Position numbers and translations under genes: made by a program
From: a virus
Taxonomy: Duplodnaviria > Caudoviricetes
Reading direction: 5' to 3' (one strand)
IMG/VR virus record: IMGVR_UViG_3300029288_005816
Coordinates: 1-64,000 of that record
DNA: 64,000 bases
Shown: piece after piece, positions 36,815-46,520 of the stretch
Numbering within the stretch: the first letter of the stretch is position 1
Layout: each line of letters opens with the position of its first letter
The notes under the pieces: model-generated
Seen by the model: only the letters and a program-made list of their open reading frames with translations
Told to the model about the DNA's origin: nothing
The model's database searches: none

Positions 36815-37639
36815 ATGAAAGTAATAAAAATTAAGAAAAGCGGAAAAATTTTTTTAGAAGAGGCAATAGGAGAAGAAGTTAAGACTACAAGGATAAAGAG
36901 TTTAAGTAATTTCTTGGCTTGTGAAGTTGAGTTAGAAGAAGGTCTCACCTTCGGTACATTATTTAAATTAATTCTTAAAGAAAAAGACATTTTTGATATT
37001 ATTTTCCATCAAGAATTAAATGACAAAGAACTTAAAGACTTTGAAAAAAAATTGAATGAGGTACCAGTTGTTTATGAAGAAGATTTTAAATTAAATTATT
37101 TAGAAGTTTCAAAAATATTTGAACTCTTTACTTTTGACAAAGGCAATACAATTGATTTATTTTCAGTATTTGTAGGAATAGGAAAAACAAATGATGGATT
37201 TGATGTTCTTATTCCATTAAGTTTTTTCTCTGTAAGTGAATTAAAAGATGTAGAAATTATACAAAATAAATCGGTAGAAGTTTGTAAAGATGTAAAGGTG
37301 GGGGATGAAGATTATCCAGAAGAAAACGATGACGATGATGATGGAGACGACGAGCCTGATGATGATAATTTAATTCCATATTTTGAGGCTTCTACTAAAA
37401 TAAACCTGTATGAAATTTTACAATGTATAATATGTGAAATAGCTTATTACAGAGATGACAATGATAGAATTTCAGTAAGAAGGAACCAAAATAGTGAACA
37501 CATTAATAAAAATAAAATAGCAATTTTACAAACCCAGCTTAAAGACCATATAGAAAACGAGGCATTTGAAAAGGCTGCAATAGTAAAAAGAGAGTTAGAT
37601 AGATTAAATACCGCAATTACTAATATAAACAAAAATTAA
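36815..37639 (+). CDS. hypothetical protein with acidic insert and C-terminal UVR motif
   Basis: EENDDDDDGDDEPDDDN; LQTQLKDHIENEAFEKAAIVKRELD. Confidence 0.75.
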   Translation: MKVIKIKKSGKIFLEEAIGEEVKTTRIKSLSNFLACEVELEEGLTFGTLFKLILKEKDIFDIIFHQELNDKELKDFEKKLNEVPVVYEEDFKLNYLEVSKIFELFTFDKGNTIDLFSVFVGIGKTNDGFDVLIPLSFFSVSELKDVEIIQNKSVEVCKDVKVGDEDYPEENDDDDDGDDEPDDDNLIPYFEASTKINLYEILQCIICEIAYYRDDNDRISVRRNQNSEHINKNKIAILQTQLKDHIENEAFEKAAIVKRELDRLNTAITNINKN

Positions 37640-37650
37640 TTATAAAACAT

Positions 37651-38340
37651 ATGGAAAAAATTAATTTTAGAAATTTATTAACTGATTTGTATAATATTTA
37701 TAATCCAGACAATATTCAGTATATTGATGATTTACTAGAAAAATATAATAGACATGAATTTGATGCTCTACAAAATATTTTTATAAAATACAATAGAAAA
37801 TTTACACCTTATTATGATTCTGAAATTGGTACAGATAAATACATATTAAACCTAATCAAAGAATATGATTCTGGAATAAGAAGTTTGGAAAATGTAGATT
37901 TAAAAAAGCAAGTACATGAAAAAACAGAAAGTATAGAGAAAAAAAACAAACAAGAAGAAAATGAAAAAATAGAAACGCTTCAAAAAGAAGTAAAAGGAGA
38001 AGTTGATAAAAAAATACAAGATATTGAAAAATCTTTTTCTGAAAAAGAAAATGAACTTAAAAAAGCATTAGATAATATTTATGATAACTTTGAAAAAAAA
38101 TTATCTACTCTTAAAAATCAAAATGATGATGTAACTATTCGTATATTTTCTACTTATACAAACTCAGAATTAGATTTACCAAACAAAAAAATAATTGCTG
38201 GACTTGGGAGAGGTTCAAGATTAGTTCTAAAAGATAAAGAAAATAAAGTTATAGGGTTAGAGATATTTGATATAATTTATGATGATATTTCTTCATTAGA
38301 TGGTAAACCTTTAATCGAAATATTTGTTCAAAAAATTTAA
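37651..38340 (+). CDS. hypothetical coiled-coil protein
   Basis: 229-aa ORF co-oriented with 36815. Confidence 0.7.
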   Translation: MEKINFRNLLTDLYNIYNPDNIQYIDDLLEKYNRHEFDALQNIFIKYNRKFTPYYDSEIGTDKYILNLIKEYDSGIRSLENVDLKKQVHEKTESIEKKNKQEENEKIETLQKEVKGEVDKKIQDIEKSFSEKENELKKALDNIYDNFEKKLSTLKNQNDDVTIRIFSTYTNSELDLPNKKIIAGLGRGSRLVLKDKENKVIGLEIFDIIYDDISSLDGKPLIEIFVQKI

Positions 38341-38409
38341 TTTTATAAAAGTAAAAGTTTGCACAAAGTATCTAAAAACAATACTTTAATCAAAACTTTA
38401 CTTTTATAA

Positions 38410-38436
38410 AAAAAGGGAGCTAATTGCTCCCTTTTT
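38410..38436. terminator. bidirectional terminator
   Basis: AAAAAGGGAGC-TAATT-GCTCCCTTTTT between convergent genes. Confidence 0.85.
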
Positions 38437-38452
38437 ATTTTAAAAGATATAA

Positions 38453-38653
38453 TTAAAAAGCTTTTTTAGCTACACCTTCTTTAATGGCTTTTAATGCTGT
38501 TGATTCTGACATCATAAGAGACATTTTGTTTCCATCAGCAGTTTCCCCTTTTGCCATGTACCCGCCTTTAGATGTTTTTACTATTTCTGCTTTAAGCATT
38601 TCTTCTTTTTTCTTGGTTTTAAGGCAATATGCCATTAATTTTTCTTTTGTCAT
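38453..38653 (-). CDS. DUF5679-like small protein
   Basis: AYCLKTKKKEEM...KGGYMAKG..GNKMS. Confidence 0.55.
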   Translation of the reverse strand: MTKEKLMAYCLKTKKKEEMLKAEIVKTSKGGYMAKGETADGNKMSLMMSESTALKAIKEGVAKKAF

Positions 38654-38844
38654 AGTTTTAAAAATTTTAAGTTTAAAATAAAAATATACACATAAATATA
38701 TATAAAATAAAGGAAAAATTAAGATATTTTTAATTTATTTTTTAATTCTGTCAAAACTTTCCTAAAAATATATATTAATGACAATTCCCCAAATTAAATC
38801 AAAAACCGAAATTTTTCTCCTATTTACTAATAAACATAATAATT

Positions 38845-39963
38845 ATGAAAAATTTTAAAACAAAAGAATTTGTAGAAAAAGCTATGAAAATTCATGGAGA
38901 CAAATATATATATGATAAAGTTAAATATATTAATAATCACACAAAAATTATAATAGATTGTAAAAAACATGGATTTTTTTTACAATCTCCATCTAAACAT
39001 CTACAAGGGCAAAAATGTCCATCATGTTCTGGTGTAAAAAAGATAACTCAAGAAGAATTTATCAAAAAAGCAAAAGAAATACATAAAAATTTTTATGACT
39101 ATAGTCTTTCTGTTTTTAAAAACGTAAATTCAAAAATAAAAATAATATGCCCAATACATGGAGAATTTGAACAAAGAGCAGACCATCACTTAGAAGGACA
39201 TAAATGCAAAAAATGTTCATGTAAAAGTGAAAAAAATATAAAAAAGATTAAAAATTATTTTATTTGTTTTTTAGAAAAAGCAAATAAAAAATGGAATAAC
39301 AAATATGATTATTCAAAAATAGAATATAAAAATCCAAGAGAAAAAATAAAAATAATATGTCCAATTCATGGAGAATTTTATCAATCTACAGATACACATT
39401 TAAAACATGAATGTCTTAAATGTTCAATAGAGAATAACGCCAACAAGCAAAAACATGACACTAATAAATTTATAGAGAAAGCAAAAAACACACATGATGA
39501 AATTTATGATTATTCAAAAGTTAATTATAAAGGTAATAGAGTCAAAGTAGAAATAATCTGCAAAGAACATGGTGCCTTTTTCCAAGCGCCTTACAATCAT
39601 TTACAAAACAAAGGATGTCCACATTGTAAAAATAAATCTAAAGGAGAAAAAAAAATACAAAGGTTTTTATCAGAAAATAAGTTTATCTTTGAAAGACAAA
39701 AAACTTTCAAAGGATGTATAAATCCATTGACTAATAAAAAACTAAGGTTTGATTTCTATTTAGTAAATTTAAATTTGTGCATAGAATATGATGGCCAGCA
39801 GCATTTTAATTCTATTGACTACTGGGGTGGAGAAAATGCTTTAAAAGAAAATATTGAAAAAGACAATATAAAAAACGAATATTGTAAAGAAAATGGAATT
39901 AACTTAATAAGAATAAGTTATAAAGATGATATTGCTAATGCGTTAAAAGAAAAATTATTTTAA
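38845..39963 (+). CDS. free-standing endonuclease with DUF723-like repeats and PD-(D/E)xK/Vsr-like domain
   Basis: 4x KYDYS/IICPIHGEF repeats; LRFDFYL..CIEYDGQQHF. Confidence 0.8.
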   Translation: MKNFKTKEFVEKAMKIHGDKYIYDKVKYINNHTKIIIDCKKHGFFLQSPSKHLQGQKCPSCSGVKKITQEEFIKKAKEIHKNFYDYSLSVFKNVNSKIKIICPIHGEFEQRADHHLEGHKCKKCSCKSEKNIKKIKNYFICFLEKANKKWNNKYDYSKIEYKNPREKIKIICPIHGEFYQSTDTHLKHECLKCSIENNANKQKHDTNKFIEKAKNTHDEIYDYSKVNYKGNRVKVEIICKEHGAFFQAPYNHLQNKGCPHCKNKSKGEKKIQRFLSENKFIFERQKTFKGCINPLTNKKLRFDFYLVNLNLCIEYDGQQHFNSIDYWGGENALKENIEKDNIKNEYCKENGINLIRISYKDDIANALKEKLF

Positions 39964-39990
39964 ATTATTTTTTACTGCTATTTAGATTTT

Positions 39991-40476
39991 TTAAACAAAC
40001 AATTTGTTTTCTTTAAACATCTCTGGTTTAGCTAAATATTCGCTTGCAGACCCAGATTTAATTTTTTCCATTGCCCTAATCATTGAAGATGATATATGCT
40101 CATATTTTCTATCACAAGGAATAAATATCATTTTAATATTTGGATTTTGGTCTTCAAGTACACGTAGTGTGTTGATTTCATAATCAAGGTCAGCTCCGTT
40201 TCTAAGTCCACGCACTATTGTAACATCATACCCTTCTTCTTCTTTTTTATGAATATAATCTACAAGGAATCCATCAAATCCTTCAACATTTTTCCCAATA
40301 AGATTCCTTTTTAAAGTTTCAATTACATTAACTCCACTTTTTTTATCTGGATTATTCCCAACTGCAACAACAACTTCATCAAATATTTTTTCTGCTTTTA
40401 ATAAAATATCTAAATGACCTATTGAAAATGGATTAAAACTTCCTGGGTAAATAGCTAATTTCTTCATTTCTTTCAT
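39991..40476 (-). CDS. coaD: pantetheine-phosphate adenylyltransferase
   Basis: AIYPGSFNPFSIGH, IVRGLRNGADLDYE, HISSSMIR. Confidence 0.9.
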   Translation of the reverse strand: MKEMKKLAIYPGSFNPFSIGHLDILLKAEKIFDEVVVAVGNNPDKKSGVNVIETLKRNLIGKNVEGFDGFLVDYIHKKEEEGYDVTIVRGLRNGADLDYEINTLRVLEDQNPNIKMIFIPCDRKYEHISSSMIRAMEKIKSGSASEYLAKPEMFKENKLFV

Positions 40477-40486
40477 TTTTTATTTG

Positions 40487-40517
40487 CAAAGATATTAAAA
40501 ATTAATTAGAAAACAAA
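40487..40517 (-). promoter_or_regulatory. Bacteroidota housekeeping-type promoter
   Basis: TTTG-N19-TATCTTTG. Confidence 0.7.
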
Positions 40518-40555
40518 TTTTTTACATATTTATGTAATACAATAATACAAAAAAA

Positions 40556-41440
40556 ATGAAAAAAGAAAGTGAAATTATAAAATTTGCAGAAAAATACGCA
40601 TATATTTTTAATCCTTATAAAAATAAAACTGAAAAAATAACATTATTTGATTATCAAAAAAAGATATTGAATAATTTTGAAAAAAATAAATTTACAATTA
40701 TTAAACAAAGTAGACAAGTTGGAATAGATACAGTAGTTGCAATATATGCTGCATATCTTCTTATAAAAAATAATGAAAAAACAATTCTTGCTATATATGA
40801 TTCTATTGATAGTGCAAAAAATTTTTTGCAAACAGTTAGAAATATTATTATGCATGTAGAAGAATCTTGTGAAAATAAAAAAAATAGATTATTTTTCATA
40901 AATAACAAAAGAGAAATTCAACTTAAAAATAAAAGTAGATTAATAGTCATGGGAGATACTCCAAATGGAGGAAAAAGTTACAGGATTGATTTATTATTTA
41001 TGAATAATTTTGAGTATATTTCACATAGCAAAGATATTTGGGCAGCCGCTGGATGGACTTTATCTGTAAACAATGGAAAATCCATATTTGCATCTACTCC
41101 TAAATATAAAAAAGGCTTTTTCCATGAGTTATGGAACAATGCAATAAAGAAAAAAAATGATTTTAAACCAGTAAATATTAATTGGAAACAAAATCCATAT
41201 TTTGATAATGTATGGTATGAAAATATGTGCAAAACACTTAATTATGATAAAGATTCAATAGCAACAGAATTGGATGGAAAATTCATAAGTAAAAAAGAAA
41301 ACAGAAAAAAAACCACAATAACCATGCGAATAGAAATAGATAAAAAAGATAAAATATTAAATAGGATAAAGCAAAAAAATATGAGCTCTATAACAGATTA
41401 TATTATAGAACTCATAAATAATGATTTAAAATGTTATTAA
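40556..41440 (+). CDS. terminase large-subunit ATPase-like domain (degenerate) fused to C-terminal RHH
   Basis: LFDYQ, KQSRQVG, ASTP..GFFHELW, WKQNP; Walker B reads LFMNN; no nuclease domain; C-terminal TITMRIE..SITDYIIELI. Confidence 0.7.
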   Translation: MKKESEIIKFAEKYAYIFNPYKNKTEKITLFDYQKKILNNFEKNKFTIIKQSRQVGIDTVVAIYAAYLLIKNNEKTILAIYDSIDSAKNFLQTVRNIIMHVEESCENKKNRLFFINNKREIQLKNKSRLIVMGDTPNGGKSYRIDLLFMNNFEYISHSKDIWAAAGWTLSVNNGKSIFASTPKYKKGFFHELWNNAIKKKNDFKPVNINWKQNPYFDNVWYENMCKTLNYDKDSIATELDGKFISKKENRKKTTITMRIEIDKKDKILNRIKQKNMSSITDYIIELINNDLKCY

Positions 41441-42141
41441 ATTGGTTTTTTCTTTTCTAAAATATTATCAATCAAGCCATAGTCTTTTGCTTCACTTGAA
41501 GTCATCCAGTGGTCACGGTCTGAATCTTTTGCAATAGTTTTAAATGGCTTCCCAGAATGAATAGAAATAATCTCATAAAGCTCCTTTTTGGTCTTTTTTA
41601 TTTCTTCTGCTGCAATATCTATATCAGAAGATTGTCCACATGCTCCACCTGATGGCTGGTGTATCATAGTTCTTGCATGTTTTAATGCGCTTCTTTTGCC
41701 TCTTGTACCAGCGCATAACAAAACTGCCGCCATAGATGCAGCCATTCCTGTATTAACAGTAACAATGTCTGGAATAATATATTGCATTAAATCATAAATG
41801 CCCATTCCTGAATATACTGAGCCTCCTCCACTATTTATATAAATAGATATATCACTCTTTGGGTCAATAGACTCAAGAAATAGTAATTGGGCATTTACCA
41901 CGTTTGCCACAATATCATCAATAGGCAAACCAAGAAATATAACTCTATCTACCATTAATCTATCAAAAACAGAAATTGATATAGCATTCATTCTGCGTTC
42001 CTCTATTACATTCGGAGTCATTGCAACTGGACCAGCTGAATTACAACCAACAATATTATTCATTGCAGTATTGTATCTATGAAGATTTAAACTACTAATT
42101 CCCTTATGCTTTATAGCATATTTTTCAAATTCTTTTTTCAT
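41437..42141 (-). CDS. clpP: ATP-dependent Clp protease proteolytic subunit
   Basis: SVFDRLMVDRVIFL, YINSGGGSVYSG, AASMAA (Ser), MIHQP (His), DRDHWM. Confidence 0.95.
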   Translation of the reverse strand: MKKEFEKYAIKHKGISSLNLHRYNTAMNNIVGCNSAGPVAMTPNVIEERRMNAISISVFDRLMVDRVIFLGLPIDDIVANVVNAQLLFLESIDPKSDISIYINSGGGSVYSGMGIYDLMQYIIPDIVTVNTGMAASMAAVLLCAGTRGKRSALKHARTMIHQPSGGACGQSSDIDIAAEEIKKTKKELYEIISIHSGKPFKTIAKDSDRDHWMTSSEAKDYGLIDNILEKKKPI

Positions 42142-42185
42142 ATAAGTTTATTTAAAATTAATAATTATTCTATTTTATTTATATT

Positions 42186-43196
42186 TTATAATTCCATTTC
42201 TTCATGAATTATCAACTCCTTGCCTATAATATTTAGATTTTTAGTTTTTAATGAAACTTTTTCAAAATCTTCAGCAAATTCATCTTTTAATCGCTTTGCT
42301 TGAATTCTTAATTTTTCTTTAGTCTCGTGCTTTTTAACTAAAGACAATTTTCTATCCAAGTCCAAATCAATTGCTTTTTTTATGGATTCAAGTTTTATTT
42401 TTGAATTCTTCATTTCTTTAAATATACCTTTAATTTCCTTTTGGCTATTGTGATAAAGGAATATGTTTGGAAAAGTATTTGTCAATTCTTCTAATTTTTG
42501 ATATTCGCAATGTGGATAAAAAGGTGACAAATCCTTATATGTAGATTCATGAAAAATAAAAACATTTTCTGGCACTTTAATTAATGACTCATATAATTTT
42601 AAATCTGTCTTGCTAATTATTTCTGTTATTGGGACATTAACATCCCCACTATAAATCAGGAATAAATCTTCTTTATTTTTTCTAAAATTAAACACAAAAC
42701 CTGCAGATGGAAAATCTTTATAATGATAATTTGTAGTATCAATTTTATGAATAATCATATTCAAATTTTTATATAAAACATTAGGATTCGAGTTTATTAT
42801 ATAACTATCTTCCATATGTCCGCAAACATCTTTCAAATATGTTTCAATTTTTGATTTTAAAGAAGGAATACATTCAATTTTAGCAATTTGGTTTTTCTTA
42901 TCGAAATATTTATGATATACAAGCGTAGAAAGGCTTCCAATGTGGTCTTCATGACAATGAGTAATAAAAATATAATCAATGCTATCAATTAAATTTCTTG
43001 CTTTTAATTCAGAATATGTGGTAGAACCACAATCAATCAGAATGGTACCCGCAGCAGTTTTAATAATAGCACTTGAGTTTTTTTCAAGCGCATCAAAAGC
43101 TCCGCCTGTTCCCAAAAAGAGAATTTCAACTATTGGTGGTTTACCACTATTTTTTAGTAAAGCATTAATTTTAGATTTTAATATAAATTTGGCCAT
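42186..43196 (-). CDS. MBL-fold metallohydrolase (RNase Z-like)
   Basis: FLGTGGAF, LIDCG, THCHEDH, YSGD, HESTY. Confidence 0.85.
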   Translation of the reverse strand: MAKFILKSKINALLKNSGKPPIVEILFLGTGGAFDALEKNSSAIIKTAAGTILIDCGSTTYSELKARNLIDSIDYIFITHCHEDHIGSLSTLVYHKYFDKKNQIAKIECIPSLKSKIETYLKDVCGHMEDSYIINSNPNVLYKNLNMIIHKIDTTNYHYKDFPSAGFVFNFRKNKEDLFLIYSGDVNVPITEIISKTDLKLYESLIKVPENVFIFHESTYKDLSPFYPHCEYQKLEELTNTFPNIFLYHNSQKEIKGIFKEMKNSKIKLESIKKAIDLDLDRKLSLVKKHETKEKLRIQAKRLKDEFAEDFEKVSLKTKNLNIIGKELIIHEEMEL

Positions 43197-43215
43197 TAAA
43201 TCTGTTTTCTAAATT

Positions 43216-43239
43216 ATACGAAAAAAAATAAAAAATGTT
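43216..43239 (-). promoter_or_regulatory. ECF-like promoter AAC-N16-CGTAT
   Basis: TAAAAC...TCGTATAA. Confidence 0.7.
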
Positions 43240-43539
43240 TTAACAATCCTCGGCATTATCAATTTCTTCTGATATTATATATAATTTTGCATTTTGACTT
43301 ATAAGACTCCTATAATCACGGAATATTTCTTCTGCCTTAATTCTTAAATCCTCTATTACAGAGCCATCTTCTCTACTTTCGTCAGAAACTATTTCTCTAG
43401 GATTTGATGATACCATCATAAGAATTTCTTTTTCAAACATTGAAATTGAATCCTCATTTCTCTTTATTGTATCTTCTACACTTGCCTTTCTTACCCCAGA
43501 AACAAAGACATCTGTGCTTAATTGAACTCCCCAACTCAT
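43240..43539 (-). CDS. hypothetical protein
   Basis: Operonic ORF. Confidence 0.65.
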   Translation of the reverse strand: MSWGVQLSTDVFVSGVRKASVEDTIKRNEDSISMFEKEILMMVSSNPREIVSDESREDGSVIEDLRIKAEEIFRDYRSLISQNAKLYIISEEIDNAEDC

Positions 43540-43632
43540 GATTTTCTTTTTTTCATTAATAATGCGACACCTTGTTCAAAAGCTTCTTCTCTTAATTTTT
43601 GCATTTCTTTTCTATCTCTTTCTTTTTCATAA

Positions 43633-43983
43633 TTAAAATTTTAACATACTAGCTAAATCAAGCATTACAAAATCATCATTTCTCCTATTAAAACATTTTA
43701 TTATTCTATCTCTTTGTGATTTTGGTAATGTAGAATATGGAATATTAGCTTCTGTTTCAAAATTACCACATCCCCAGCGGCAATTCGCCGTCATTATTCT
43801 CATATGAACTGCAAATCCTCCAACATCTACTGCTTGACTACAATTTAAAGAATTCCACCAATCCTCTGGGGTTTCCTTATCCGTTTTAAGAGAAGGATAT
43901 TCATCAAAATTCTTCTTACCTGTTGGGCTAAACAACTCTGGACATGCTGCAACGGCAGCTGCTAATGCTAAAAAATTTGACAT
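43633..43983 (-). CDS. hypothetical protein
   Basis: Operonic ORF. Confidence 0.6.
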   Translation of the reverse strand: MSNFLALAAAVAACPELFSPTGKKNFDEYPSLKTDKETPEDWWNSLNCSQAVDVGGFAVHMRIMTANCRWGCGNFETEANIPYSTLPKSQRDRIIKCFNRRNDDFVMLDLASMLKF

Positions 43984-43989
43984 AATTTT

Positions 43990-44277
43990 TTATTTTTTTG
44001 TTTCTACAGTTCCAAATATTTTATGAAATTTTTCAAGACACTCCGCAACTTCTTTATTGTATTTTTTTCTGTCAGAATATCTCCAAAATTGATACCATTC
44101 TACTGGTTTAGTTTTTGGGCATATTATTATTGGTTCATTAACAGGACCTTTGCTTGTTTTACCAACAACAATATTTGGCATCGTTGATTTGACTGTAGTT
44201 ACACTCAAATCTGTTTCAGTGACAAACACGCCAGAAGAAGCGAGCTTATTGTGATTATTTCTTTTAAACCAATTCAT
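43990..44277 (-). CDS. small protein resembling the N-terminus of a contractile tail sheath protein
   Basis: SSGVFVTETDLS...VVGKTSKGPVNEP. Confidence 0.55.
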   Translation of the reverse strand: MNWFKRNNHNKLASSGVFVTETDLSVTTVKSTMPNIVVGKTSKGPVNEPIIICPKTKPVEWYQFWRYSDRKKYNKEVAECLEKFHKIFGTVETKK

Positions 44278-44317
44278 GTTTTATTTTTTGACAAATATAT
44301 AAAAAATTTTTGAATAA

Positions 44318-44824
44318 TCAACAAATTCTACCACAATTTTGATACATCCTCCAGACTGCATAATTCCTTTCAAGATAAATAGGAGTCGGCATTCCAAGCG
44401 TTAAATGAAGTCCCCATTTTCCATCTTTAGGATACCCCATCTGTTCTCTTAAATCCTTTAATTCATCACACCTAACTCTTAACCACACATGCATTCCATT
44501 TGTTCTCGGAGAAAGTTCATAAATAAATTTAACATTTTTTTTATGATATAAGTTCTTAAATTTTTCCCAGTTATCAGCACTTGTTTCTTCCCCCCTAATA
44601 ACACTAATATGTGAGCCAAACGCTGGTTTTTGTAGTTTTATTCCATGCTGTTTTTCATAGAACCAAGAATAATATTCACCAAAATTATTATTTTCTCCTA
44701 AAGTAACAATAACCCACCATTTTTTAAACATTTTTTCTGATGGGTCAACAAGAGCTCTGGGGTCAAAAACGATTGTTCCTTCATATTCTACTAATTGTTC
44801 ATTTTCAAAATCAAGACGATACAT
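44318..44824 (-). CDS. 2H phosphoesterase family protein
   Basis: Two Hx(S/T) motifs: SHISVI and LHLTLG. Confidence 0.65.
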   Translation of the reverse strand: MYRLDFENEQLVEYEGTIVFDPRALVDPSEKMFKKWWVIVTLGENNNFGEYYSWFYEKQHGIKLQKPAFGSHISVIRGEETSADNWEKFKNLYHKKNVKFIYELSPRTNGMHVWLRVRCDELKDLREQMGYPKDGKWGLHLTLGMPTPIYLERNYAVWRMYQNCGRIC

Positions 44825-45761
44825 TTTTACTCAATTCATATAATTGTCTAGCTTTAGTTTTTATTTCATCAATTTTAATAATTTTATCAACCCATTCTTT
44901 AGGAATACCGTTGAGTCCATAGTATGCCCCAGCTATTTGTCCATAAACAGCACCAGTTGTATCTGCATCGTTCCCAAGATTTACAGCCTTTAGTGCTCCA
45001 TCTTTAAAATTATCAGTACTTTCAAAAGCCCATAACGCTGATTCCAAGCAACTAATAACATATCCACTTCCAACTATTCCCCCAGGTATTCCAGGTTTTC
45101 TTTCTTTATATTTCTTATTTATAATATTCCAAACCAACGGATGAGACATCTCTTCATCCATTTCCCAAGATGCCCACTCTTCAACAGAAGGTCCACCTAA
45201 AACATTATCTTTAGATTTTCCATTTAATAAATTAGCTATTATCCATCCCATAAAAACGGAACATCCTATTGATTGATAAGATGCATGTGTGGTCTTGGAA
45301 TTTAGCTCACAATACTCTTTACATTTTGTTAAATTATTATAATATACCATAGGAATAGGTGCTAATCTCATTATTGCACCATTTCCTGCTGCATATTTGT
45401 CATCTGAATAAGGGTTTTTTGTTTTTTCATAATGTTTTATTCCTTTTACTGTAGCCATGCCTATATCAAAGCAATAACCCATTGGACTATTATATCCATG
45501 GTGATACCAGTTGACGAATTTTGTCATAATGTCTTCAGCATCGAACTGCCTTTTTTCAATTAAACTATCGGCAATACATAATGCCATAGAAGTATCATCT
45601 GTCCAGCACCCAACTGGCACTTTAAATGGTCCTCCTCCGACAATATCAGAAACTGGATTTGCTTGAGCTTCTTCATAAGAAGTAAACTCAAGCGTTGTGC
45701 CAAGCGCATCTCCAACAGCAAGACCAACAAAACATCCTAAAAATTTGTCAAGGTTATCCAT
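44811..45761 (-). CDS. ADP-ribosylglycohydrolase (DraG/ARH family)
   Basis: GLAVGDALG, WTDDTSMAL, GNGAIMRLAP, GNDADTTGAVYGQIAGA. Confidence 0.93.
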   Translation of the reverse strand: MDNLDKFLGCFVGLAVGDALGTTLEFTSYEEAQANPVSDIVGGGPFKVPVGCWTDDTSMALCIADSLIEKRQFDAEDIMTKFVNWYHHGYNSPMGYCFDIGMATVKGIKHYEKTKNPYSDDKYAAGNGAIMRLAPIPMVYYNNLTKCKEYCELNSKTTHASYQSIGCSVFMGWIIANLLNGKSKDNVLGGPSVEEWASWEMDEEMSHPLVWNIINKKYKERKPGIPGGIVGSGYVISCLESALWAFESTDNFKDGALKAVNLGNDADTTGAVYGQIAGAYYGLNGIPKEWVDKIIKIDEIKTKARQLYELSKNVSS

Positions 45762-46209
45762 TCAATTTATTTTTTACAATTTGAGAAACAATTTTATTGT
45801 CAGCTTTTCCTGAAAACTCAGAATTGAATTTTGCCATTACTTTTCCCATATCTTTCATAGAAGAAGCTCCAAGCTCTTCTATAATATCTGAAATCAACAT
45901 TTTCATTTGGTCTTCTGACATTTGTTGTGGAAGATAAGTATCAAGAATTTCAATCTCTTTGCAAACATTTTCAGGAATTTCTCTTTTACACATTTCACAC
46001 TCTTCTTTAATAATTTCCTGATTCTTTTTAATTTTTTTCAAAATTGCTGTTATTCCTTCATCATTAAGGTAGAAATCAGCTTTTCCACGACCTTCTTCTA
46101 ATGCTACTTCAGATAAAACAACTTTTAATAAATTTTTTTTTATCCCATTATTGGTTTTAATAGCTATTTTCAAATCGTCTTTCAACCTATCTTTCAATGT
46201 TTGCTGCAT
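45754..46209 (-). CDS. GatB/YqeY domain protein
   Basis: DLKIAIK, EIEILDTYLPQQMS, SMKDMGKVM, GKADNKIVS. Confidence 0.88.
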   Translation of the reverse strand: MQQTLKDRLKDDLKIAIKTNNGIKKNLLKVVLSEVALEEGRGKADFYLNDEGITAILKKIKKNQEIIKEECEMCKREIPENVCKEIEILDTYLPQQMSEDQMKMLISDIIEELGASSMKDMGKVMAKFNSEFSGKADNKIVSQIVKNKLNG

Positions 46210-46244
46210 AATTTTAAGTTTAAATAAATGTTTATTTTTTTTAA

Positions 46245-46502
46245 TTAATCAATAAAATTTTCTCTATACCAAGCTTTTGGAGCATGTTCATTAATCCAAG
46301 CCAAAGCTTCTGGTTTAATCATGTTGTACAAAAATTCATACATTTCATCTTCATAAGCATCCCAATCAGAATCCCAAGTAATTTCAAGTTCCCCTGAAAA
46401 TTCATTTATTTTTGGAATTGCAATATCCATTACTTTTTGGGCTTGTTGTGCAAACATTTCATGTTCACATAACATACTTTCCAATTTTTCTCTAACTGTC
46501 AT
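46245..46502 (-). CDS. hypothetical protein
   Basis: Operonic ORF. Confidence 0.65.
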   Translation of the reverse strand: MTVREKLESMLCEHEMFAQQAQKVMDIAIPKINEFSGELEITWDSDWDAYEDEMYEFLYNMIKPEALAWINEHAPKAWYRENFID

Positions 46503-46520
46503 ATAAAAAAATTTAAGTTT

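Noticed and set aside
43540-43640. Programmed frameshift extending the 43633 ORF (…KFNYEKERDRKEMQK…)
   Set aside because: Plausible extension if one T is removed from a T4 run, but there is no stimulatory structure; it cannot be distinguished from a sequencing error without reads.
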